64,000 bases of DNA from Candidatus Krumholzibacteriota bacterium (GTDB lineage: Bacteria > Krumholzibacteriota > Krumholzibacteriia > JAJRXK01): assembly GCA_963727455.1 (NCBI GenBank), contig CAVSGG010000005.1, forward strand, positions 192,001 to 256,000. Reading direction: 5' to 3'. Within the stretch, counting starts at the first letter, position 1; each line of letters starts with the position of its first letter. A program made the translations under genes and the position numbers. The notes under the pieces are model-generated. The model was not told the origin of the DNA. It was given only the letters and a program-made list of their open reading frames with translations, and made no database searches. Below are positions 57,038 through 64,000 of this stretch, in pieces.

Positions 57038-57821
57038 TCTCGTCAATCTGCCCTTGCTTCTGCTCGCACTGATTCAGGGCGCCACGGAGTTCCTTCCCGT
57101 GAGCAGCAGCGGTCATCTCGCTCTGGTTCAACTCCTCCCCTCGATTCATGCCGGAGGGGTTTTCGAAGACGTGATGTTGCACCTGGGGACTTTGGGCGCG
57201 GTGGTGGTGTTCTATCGCGAGGACCTGAAGGCTCTGCTGCAGGGTCTATTCGTGCGCAGTGCTGCCGGGCGCGAGTCACGGCGTTACCTCGGCCTCATCC
57301 TCTGGGGCAGCGTACCGGCCGGGATCGTGGGCGTGTTGTTCGCGGATCGGGTGGAGAGCGCGTTTGGCCATGTAGGCTTCGTTCTGATTGCGTTAGCGGT
57401 AACGGGTCTTCTCCTGAAACTGAGCGATCGGATTCCGCGGCGGGGATTGCCCCTGAATGCGCGCATCGCCTTCCTGGTGGGATGTGCTCAGGCTTTGGCG
57501 ATTCTCCCCGGTTTCTCGCGCAGCGGGTGGACGATCGTGGCCGGCCTGTACTTGGGATTGGCTCCCAAGGAGAGCGCCCGCTTCAGTTTTTTGCTTTCTG
57601 TCCCCGCCATCCTGGGGGCGACCCTTCTTCAGCTCCTGGCCTACCAGGGCGTCCACAGCCCTTGGGCTTCCCTGGTTCCCGCGATGTTCGTGGCGTTCGT
57701 GGTGGGGTTGCTCTGCCTGAGCTGGCTCGTGCGGCTTGTGCAGTCCATGGCATTGGGGCGTTTCGCTTACTACCTGTGGGCCCTGTGCCTCGGCGTTGCG
57801 CTCGTGCTGATGCTTGCTTAG
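57030..57821 (+). CDS. uppP: Undecaprenyl-diphosphate phosphatase
   Basis: QGATEFLPVSSSGH, HLGT, PGFSRSG, ARFSFLL. Confidence 0.95.
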   Translation: MPDLVNLPLLLLALIQGATEFLPVSSSGHLALVQLLPSIHAGGVFEDVMLHLGTLGAVVVFYREDLKALLQGLFVRSAAGRESRRYLGLILWGSVPAGIVGVLFADRVESAFGHVGFVLIALAVTGLLLKLSDRIPRRGLPLNARIAFLVGCAQALAILPGFSRSGWTIVAGLYLGLAPKESARFSFLLSVPAILGATLLQLLAYQGVHSPWASLVPAMFVAFVVGLLCLSWLVRLVQSMALGRFAYYLWALCLGVALVLMLA

Positions 57822-57831
57822 GAATCAACAG

Positions 57832-59070
57832 ATGAGTTCACTGCGTGTGGAAGAAGCCCGTCGCCTTCTCTGGGATACCCTGCAAAAGGGACCCACGCTG
57901 CGCCTTCCTCTCGCCGAGTGCCTGGGGCGCGTGCTTGCGGAGGACCTCACGAGCGATCTGGATTTCCCGCCCTTCGACCGCGTCACCATGGACGGTTATG
58001 CCGTGCGAGCGGAGGATCTGTGCTCCGCCACCCGCGACGAGCCGCTGAGCCTCGAAGTATGCGGCAGCGCCCTCGCGGGTGTGCCTTTTCAAGGAACACT
58101 CGCGGCGGGGCAAGCCGTGAAGGCCATGACCGGGGCAGTTTTGCCCGAGGGCGCCGATGCGGTGGTGCCAGTGGAGGATACCGCCGGCTTTCAGGACACG
58201 CGTGCCATCATCTTCCGAGCACCCTTGCCCGGGGCCAACGTTGCGCGACAGGGCGAGGACTCTCGAAGTGGTGCGGTGATCTTGCGGGCAGGATTGCATC
58301 TCACTAGCCGGCACGTGCAGACCCTGGCTTCGGCAGGACATGCGATGGTGCCCGTAGTGGCGCCGCCGCTGGCAGGGGTTGCTTCGACCGGAGACGAGTT
58401 GGTGGCGATCGAAGAGAAGCCCGGACCGGGACAGATTCGCGAGAGCAACAACGCCTGCGTGCGCGCGTCCTTGGCGGAGTGGGGCATACCCTGCACGGAA
58501 CTGGGTTCTTTCGCCGATGAGAGAGGGAGCCTGAAGAGTGCCCTCCAGGAGGCTTTGAGGCGCTACGAGTTGCTGGTGCTCAGTGGAGGCGTGAGCAAGG
58601 GGGAGAAGGACCTCGTGAAGCCCGTGCTCGAGGAGCTGGGGGTGAGCTTGCGTTTCACCAGTCTGCATCTCAAGCCGGGACACCCCGCGGTCTTCGGCAC
58701 GCACCGCGGCGGAATGGTCTTCGCTCTGCCTGGCAATCCGGTCGCGGTGTTTACGGGACTACGGGCGGTGTTCAGCGCCGGCCTGCGAAAGCGCCTGGGA
58801 TACCGGAGCCCGAAAGCTCCGCGCGCCTGGGGGCGTCTTGGGTTTGATTTCACCCGTAAAGGAAATCGTCCAAATTATTTACCAGTAATACTTGAGGAAA
58901 ATTCTGAAGGAGATCTCCCGCGGGTCCTCTCCACCGCGCACCATGGATCGGGAGATTTTCGCAGCCTGGCCGAGGCGGATGCACTGGCCTGGTTCGACGA
59001 CGAGAAGGTGGCCTTTGCCGAGGGCGAAGTCGTGGAGATCCTGCGTCTGGATCCCCTACACTCGGCCTGA
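57832..59070 (+). CDS. moeA: Molybdopterin molybdenumtransferase
   Basis: PPFDRVTMDGYAV, TGAVLPEGADAVV, STGDEL, SGGVSKG, LPGNP. Confidence 0.94.
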   Translation: MSSLRVEEARRLLWDTLQKGPTLRLPLAECLGRVLAEDLTSDLDFPPFDRVTMDGYAVRAEDLCSATRDEPLSLEVCGSALAGVPFQGTLAAGQAVKAMTGAVLPEGADAVVPVEDTAGFQDTRAIIFRAPLPGANVARQGEDSRSGAVILRAGLHLTSRHVQTLASAGHAMVPVVAPPLAGVASTGDELVAIEEKPGPGQIRESNNACVRASLAEWGIPCTELGSFADERGSLKSALQEALRRYELLVLSGGVSKGEKDLVKPVLEELGVSLRFTSLHLKPGHPAVFGTHRGGMVFALPGNPVAVFTGLRAVFSAGLRKRLGYRSPKAPRAWGRLGFDFTRKGNRPNYLPVILEENSEGDLPRVLSTAHHGSGDFRSLAEADALAWFDDEKVAFAEGEVVEILRLDPLHSA

Positions 59071-59151
59071 GGCTTGACCATCAGGACTTGAAGTTCCGAT
59101 CTTGAGGAGCGCTCTAAGCTCGCTCATTCCTCGATTCTGGAGTAGTCATTC

Positions 59152-60498
59152 ATGCGCCGACCCCTTGCTTCCTTCTTGCCCTCTCGCTCAACGCGTCTCT
59201 CCCTCGTCCTCTTCGTCGTTCTCCTCGCGCAGGGACTGCTCTCCTGTAGTAAGGGCAGCAGCGATGGGGGAACGGATCCGGGAGCCATCTTCAACCGTCC
59301 TCCGCAAGTCTCCGAGGTACAGTGGGACAATCCGTATTCGCTGTATGTCGAGGGAGATCTTCTCAACATGTATGTGGTGGCGAGCGACGCTGATGGAGAC
59401 TCGCTGCGCTATGACTGGGATTGGTTGACGGCTCCAGGAGGCAGCTTTGACAATACCGATAAGGGTAACGTAGCCCTGACTGTAGGGTCGACTCCGGGCA
59501 GTTATCAAGCCAGGGTAACGGTCAGTGATGGAACGACCAGTGTTTCGCGTCTCGTCAGCATGACGGTTGGTACGAAGCTCGATCCCTCGATTGCGGGGAA
59601 CGTTACCTGGGCAGCTGCCGGATCGCCTTATGTTCTCACCCAGGACGTCACGGTTCCGGCGGGGTCCACCCTGACGGTAGAACCCGGCGTTGATCTCCAG
59701 CTCCGCAAACATTTTTCGGGCAACAGTCTCGTAAACTCCGGGATCACGGTCCAGGGGAGCTTGCATGCGGTGGGCACCGAAAGCTCACCCGTAATTTTCG
59801 AGGGCAACGCGAATGGGGATCCCAGCGGCATCACGCAGAGTGGCATCGAGCTCAGGGCACAGGGAGAATTGGAACTGCAGTTCTTCCGGATGGCTCAGGC
59901 ATCGGTGGGAGTGCTGAAGCAGGGCGACAGCAGCTGCCTGATCCAGGATGGTAGATTCAACTCTTGCCAGGAGGCCTACCAGGGGCTCGTCGACGCGAGT
60001 GGAGCACAGACCAGTATCCTCCGCCGGGTGGAGATCCGCGACTGCGGTGGAAACGGGATCTTCCTCAATCAGGGGAAGGTGATTCTGGAGCGGGTTTCGG
60101 TAAGGAATTGCAAGGGAGCTGGCGTCTTTCTCTCGAGCAAACAGGATCTCATCACCACCGACGCCAGTTTGCTGCGCTGTGAGCTGGACAGCAACGAGGG
60201 CGGGAACCTGGTCCTGGACGGGAACGCCACGGTGGATATGGGATGCTCCAACCTCATTCCCGCTAGTGGGGACGGCAAAAACGTATCGTTCCAGGACAAT
60301 AATAAGGCACCGGCTGGCGTGCTCCCCATGACGGATTGCTACTGGGGCCTGCCCTCGCCCCAGAACGAGGAGGCAATCCGAGATGCCACCTTCGAGGGCC
60401 GGCTGAACCAGACCACATGGGCCAGAGAGACCGATTTGAGCGGCTTTCGGGCCGCGGCCATCGATTTCTCCAATCTCTCCGATCCCTGTAACTCCTAG
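59152..60498 (+). CDS. Lipoprotein with Ig/PKD-like and right-handed beta-helix domains
   Basis: Lipobox LLSC, ASDADGDSLRYDW Ig-like motif, SPYVLTQDVTVPAGSTLTVEPGV start of a beta-helix. Confidence 0.7.
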   Translation: MRRPLASFLPSRSTRLSLVLFVVLLAQGLLSCSKGSSDGGTDPGAIFNRPPQVSEVQWDNPYSLYVEGDLLNMYVVASDADGDSLRYDWDWLTAPGGSFDNTDKGNVALTVGSTPGSYQARVTVSDGTTSVSRLVSMTVGTKLDPSIAGNVTWAAAGSPYVLTQDVTVPAGSTLTVEPGVDLQLRKHFSGNSLVNSGITVQGSLHAVGTESSPVIFEGNANGDPSGITQSGIELRAQGELELQFFRMAQASVGVLKQGDSSCLIQDGRFNSCQEAYQGLVDASGAQTSILRRVEIRDCGGNGIFLNQGKVILERVSVRNCKGAGVFLSSKQDLITTDASLLRCELDSNEGGNLVLDGNATVDMGCSNLIPASGDGKNVSFQDNNKAPAGVLPMTDCYWGLPSPQNEEAIRDATFEGRLNQTTWARETDLSGFRAAAIDFSNLSDPCNS

Positions 60499-60502
60499 GT
60501 GG

Positions 60503-60531
60503 AGGCGGCGGGACGCGGGTCCCGCCGCTTT
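60503..60531 (+). terminator. Intrinsic terminator-like hairpin
   Basis: Perfect 10-bp stem GCGGCGGGAC/GTCCCGCCGC plus TTT, right after the lipoprotein stop. Confidence 0.6.
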
Positions 60532-60542
60532 GGCCCCTTCAC

Positions 60543-60558
60543 GGGCATATCCCTTGCA
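60543..60558 (+). promoter_or_regulatory. Sigma54-like promoter of the SPFH operon
   Basis: GGGCATATCCCTTGCA = GGCA-N6-TTGCA. Confidence 0.6.
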
Positions 60559-60644
60559 TTCTGGATGAGAGGGGGCCGAGTGGCCCCAGTGCCGCCGTCC
60601 CCGTAGGGAGGGGGCCCTTGGGGGGACCGCCGTTTGGAGACGTC

Positions 60645-61709
60645 ATGGGGATCTTTCTGGAAGTCCTGGAATGGTTCGATGAAACTGGCCAAGAGATGGC
60701 CCACCGCCTTCCGTCCGAAGGCTCAGCGGACATCAAGTTCGGCGCCCAACTCATCGTTCGGGAGAGTCAGCGTGCCGTCTTCTTCAGCGGAGGCAAGGTT
60801 CAAGATGTCTTCGGCCCCGGCCGCCACACTCTGAGCTCCAAGAATCTACCTCTCATCACAAAGGCGCTCAGTCTTCCCTGGGGATTCACGAGTCCCTTCC
60901 GTTGCGAAGTTTACTTTTTGAACGAGAAGACCTTCACCGATTTGAAGTGGGGGACACGCGAGCCGGTCATCTTCCAAGATCGACGCCTGGGCAGTGTGCG
61001 CCTGCGGGCATACGGGCAGACGACCTTTCGCATCGCGGAACCAGAACCCTTCATCCACAAGTTGGTGGGTACTCAAGGCAGCTACACCGCACACGACGCC
61101 ACCGACTATCTGCGTGAAGTGATCGTTGCGCGTCTCAACGACTACCTGGGAGAGAACCTGGGCAGCGTGTTCGACCTACCCGCGCTTTACGACGAGACTG
61201 GTCTCGCGCTCAAAGAGAAGCTCGAGGGCGACTTCTCCAAGTACGGGCTGGAACTGGTGGATTTCTTCGTCACCGCGATCACTCCGCCCGAAGAGGTGGC
61301 GAGCATGGTGGACACGCAGGGGGGGCTCTCCCTCGTGAACGACATGCCACGCTACATGCAATACCAGCTCGCAAGGGCGATCCGAAGAGGTCCTGGCGAC
61401 TCTCAGGGAGCTTCCCCGAGCATGGATGCAAGCATGGGCTTGGGACTTGGGATGTTGGTTCCCGGAATGCTCGCCGGCTCCGGTCTCCCGGCGGCAACTG
61501 CCGTCGCACCCGTGGTCTGTCCCTCCTGCCACGCCGAGGTTGCTCCCTCGCGCTACTGCTCTTCCTGCGGAAAGGCCCTGCAGGCGCAGAGTGCACAGGA
61601 CTCCTTCTGCACCCAATGTGAGCAGAAGCTGCCGCGGGGAGCGAGTTTCTGTCCCGCATGCGGCACGGCAGTCGAGCCCGAAGGATCGGGCCCTTCGAAA
61701 GAGGAATAG
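60645..61709 (+). CDS. SPFH/Band 7 protein (YdjI-like) with C-terminal double zinc ribbon
   Basis: GAQLIVRESQRAVFF, FGPGRHTL, KWGT, VRLRAYG; CPSC/CSSC/CTQC/CPAC. Confidence 0.88.
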   Translation: MGIFLEVLEWFDETGQEMAHRLPSEGSADIKFGAQLIVRESQRAVFFSGGKVQDVFGPGRHTLSSKNLPLITKALSLPWGFTSPFRCEVYFLNEKTFTDLKWGTREPVIFQDRRLGSVRLRAYGQTTFRIAEPEPFIHKLVGTQGSYTAHDATDYLREVIVARLNDYLGENLGSVFDLPALYDETGLALKEKLEGDFSKYGLELVDFFVTAITPPEEVASMVDTQGGLSLVNDMPRYMQYQLARAIRRGPGDSQGASPSMDASMGLGLGMLVPGMLAGSGLPAATAVAPVVCPSCHAEVAPSRYCSSCGKALQAQSAQDSFCTQCEQKLPRGASFCPACGTAVEPEGSGPSKEE

Positions 61710-61713
61710 CATC

Positions 61714-62487
61714 ATGGCGGTTCTGGTCCGCTGCAACCACTGCGGGGCTCCCCATCGTGTGGTTGCGGCCGGTGAGCGTTTCCGCTGCGACTACTGTCGG
61801 GGCTGGAACTACCTTCAGGGATCCACCGGTTCAGAGGAGCTTGTCTGCCCCACCAGAACCAGCAGCTCGCGCATCAGAGAATCCGTGCTGCGAGATCTGC
61901 GGGAACGCGGTCTCTCTTGCCGAACACTGCGATTGGAAGACAGGATTTCCCTGCCCCTCTGGCAATTGGTTTCCCAGCAGGGGGAGGAGCTGCTCCTGCC
62001 CGGGGCACTACTCGAGGAAGCAGCGATCAGCGGAATGCAGGCGCCTGCATTGGAGCTTGTACCCCGCGATGATCCCCGGGCCGCAGCGATCACAATCGCT
62101 GCTACCGAGCCGGAAATCTCGCGCGAGCAGGCGGAGGCGACCGCCCTGGCGAGTTTTCAGGAACCAGACTCCACTCTGCAAACAGTGCGGCTAATCTGGC
62201 TCTCGCTCGTGCCGGTGCGCATTTCGTTCTCGAGTGGGACGGTGCATCAGGGATTCTATCTCGATGGCGCCGACCGGGTTCTGCTCGGATCACTGCCGGA
62301 TTCAGCCGGTGACGAGTCGCTGCGCATGGAGTTGGCACTCGGACTCGCCGGGTTCTTCCTCGCCTGTCTGGCCGTGGGTGCGCTGTGCCGTGAATGGGGC
62401 ACGCGAATCGTACTCCTTCTCGCCTGCTCCGCGTGTAGTTGGCTGCTCTTTCGATCACTCCTTCCCGCTTGGGGGAGAGAGAAATGA
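61714..62487 (+). CDS. Zinc-ribbon membrane protein
   Basis: CNHC...CDYC, LPLW motif, two C-terminal TM helices. Confidence 0.7.
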   Translation: MAVLVRCNHCGAPHRVVAAGERFRCDYCRGWNYLQGSTGSEELVCPTRTSSSRIRESVLRDLRERGLSCRTLRLEDRISLPLWQLVSQQGEELLLPGALLEEAAISGMQAPALELVPRDDPRAAAITIAATEPEISREQAEATALASFQEPDSTLQTVRLIWLSLVPVRISFSSGTVHQGFYLDGADRVLLGSLPDSAGDESLRMELALGLAGFFLACLAVGALCREWGTRIVLLLACSACSWLLFRSLLPAWGREK

Positions 62488-63470
62488 TCGTGAGACGAGA
62501 GCCGCCGTTGCTCCGGATTCGTGGTCTGTCGTGTCCACGCTGCGCCGGCATGCTGGAAATGAGCGATGGTGATCCGGAGGCCATGCGCTGCGCCTACTGC
62601 GGTCACAATTTCCTGGACTGGGACGATGAGGGCATCGCCTCCTTCGCACCCACCGGAAGGTTGGGGCGACGACGCGCGTTGCGAGCCCTGCGGGATGCCT
62701 TGTCCGAGGTGGGAGTACGCGGACACGTCGTGGAGGAAGCGCGTCGCTTCCACCTACCATTCTGGTATCTGGAAGCAAAACTCGTGGGTTGGCAGCGGTA
62801 TCGAAAGAAGCGTGCAGCAAATCGCGAGCAGATCCATCCCTTGCCCGAGTCCCTGGGCGCGGGCGAGGAGATCGAAGAGGAGAGCTTCGGCCACAACATC
62901 ATCTACTCCACACCCGCTTGTGACCTCCGGGACTTCGGTCTCTTGGGAGTGGCTGGACGAACACAGCGCCTGAGCTTGCGGCCCTTCGAGCTCGAAGCGG
63001 TGGCTTCGGACGAGACGGTATGCGCGGTGCTGCGCTCGCGCTCGGTAATTCTCCGACGGGCTCGGCTGTACCACGCGGCTCGGGTGACCCCCAAACGCGC
63101 ACGCCATTGTGTACAGAGAATTCTACTGGTACGTCCGCGGATGCGTCTCATCTACTACCCCGTCTGGCGTTTGCGCTATCGCGCGCGCGGCCTGGCCATG
63201 GAAGCGGCGGTAGATGGACTTCGTCCCCAACTTCTGCGCGGCAGCTACCCGCAAAGAGAAGGCGATCGTCTGTCGCTCTGGATCGGTAGCGGCGGGCTTT
63301 CGGGCCTGGCGGCTGGAGTGAGCCCCACTCTGGCTGTGGCGGGTACCGTGGGTTGGGTCCTCTGGCGCCTCACTCAGGACAGCGTGTCGGGAAGGCGTGG
63401 CGAGTTGGGAGCATGGCTGCGCCGACAAGTGGGCGGCAAGAGAATCACGATCAAGAGCTTTGCCGACTGA
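62484..63470 (+). CDS. Zinc-ribbon membrane protein (YdjG-like)
   Basis: CPRC...CAYC, HLPFWY, RLIYYPVW...AVDG, C-terminal hydrophobic segment. Confidence 0.72.
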   Translation: MIVRREPPLLRIRGLSCPRCAGMLEMSDGDPEAMRCAYCGHNFLDWDDEGIASFAPTGRLGRRRALRALRDALSEVGVRGHVVEEARRFHLPFWYLEAKLVGWQRYRKKRAANREQIHPLPESLGAGEEIEEESFGHNIIYSTPACDLRDFGLLGVAGRTQRLSLRPFELEAVASDETVCAVLRSRSVILRRARLYHAARVTPKRARHCVQRILLVRPRMRLIYYPVWRLRYRARGLAMEAAVDGLRPQLLRGSYPQREGDRLSLWIGSGGLSGLAAGVSPTLAVAGTVGWVLWRLTQDSVSGRRGELGAWLRRQVGGKRITIKSFAD

Positions 63471-63484
63471 GAGGGGAGAACGCC

Positions 63485-64000
63485 ATGCCGTTCATCGATC
63501 TGACGTGTCCCGCCTGTGGATCTCCGCTTTCCGCTTCCGCCTCGATCCGGATCTACGTGTGCGACGCGTGCGCCACCACCTGCACTCCCCTCGCGCCGAA
63601 CGCGAACCCCCGGAGTTCGTCGCCGCTGTGGATTCCGCCGCGCCGGCTGCTCCGGCCCCGCCTGGATCTTCCCGCGCGCGGCCGCATTCTGCTGCTTCCC
63701 CTGTGGGTGATTCCACTCCAGGAGGGCGAGAGCGGTCCGAAGCTTCCGCCCGAGTTGCGGATTCCTGCGGTGGGCCGTGCCGCCTTTGGACGCCTGGTGG
63801 AGTCGGCGCGGCGGCTGAGCAAGAGCGAGCTGGCACTCGAGGAGGTCCCGGCCCCGGAGGGACGGCCCATTCCTCGACCGCCCCAGGGGGAACTGGAGGT
63901 GGAGGAAGCATTCGCCATCGCGGAGATCGTGACTCTGGGTCAGGTCAAAGGCTGGCCCGCGGACGATCAACTGCCGGCCTGGGAGCCCAGCTTCGGGGCG
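63485..64000 (+). CDS. Zinc-ribbon protein, 3'-partial (absent from the ORF track)
   Basis: Purine-rich RBS, then MPFIDLTCPACGSPLS...YVCDAC...LLLPLWV; frame open to the window end. Confidence 0.7.
   Translation, partial: MPFIDLTCPACGSPLSASASIRIYVCDACATTCTPLAPNANPRSSSPLWIPPRRLLRPRLDLPARGRILLLPLWVIPLQEGESGPKLPPELRIPAVGRAAFGRLVESARRLSKSELALEEVPAPEGRPIPRPPQGELEVEEAFAIAEIVTLGQVKGWPADDQLPAWEPSFGA

Noticed and set aside
1-64000. CRISPR arrays, tRNA/rRNA genes, transposases, prophage or defence genes
   Set aside because: No spaced repeats, cloverleaf motifs, or integrase/transposase/nuclease signatures were seen; intergenic gaps are short.

Overview
GC-rich bacterial chromosomal window, gene-dense and almost entirely on the + strand, with one minus-strand gene. 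I see no rRNA, tRNA, CRISPR array or mobile element. Gene content (DUF2723, a protein with a T9SS/FlgD-type C-terminus, an MglA-like GTPase) suggests an FCB-superphylum-type diderm; this is inference. Layout: (1) 3' part of smc, ftsY, ribD-ribE-ribBA-ribH-nusB. (2) A ~20 kb cell-surface glycosylation locus (7050-26980): DUF2723/TMEM260-like and YfhO GT-C-type enzymes, polyprenol-phosphate sugar synthases, GT2/GT4, a GT2 fused to a degenerate phosphoglycosyl transferase, a PorZ-like beta-propeller, a CapD-like dehydratase, a GNAT and a broken membrane-protein gene. (3) The dcw cluster mraZ to ftsZ, with an inserted STAS-like gene, no murB/ddl, and a G9 tract at the murF/mraY junction. (4) TPR, outer-membrane protein, radical SAM, TPR-parvulin and recG. 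(5) An accessory stretch with four sigma54-like (-24/-12) promoters in front of a zinc-ribbon protein, a divergent pair (unknown gene and long-tailed MglA-like GTPase) and an SPFH plus three zinc-ribbon operon running off the window. The best candidates for undescribed biology are the putative sigma54 regulon, the SPFH/zinc-ribbon module and the glycosylation locus. All calls come from motif recognition by eye; no database searches were run.
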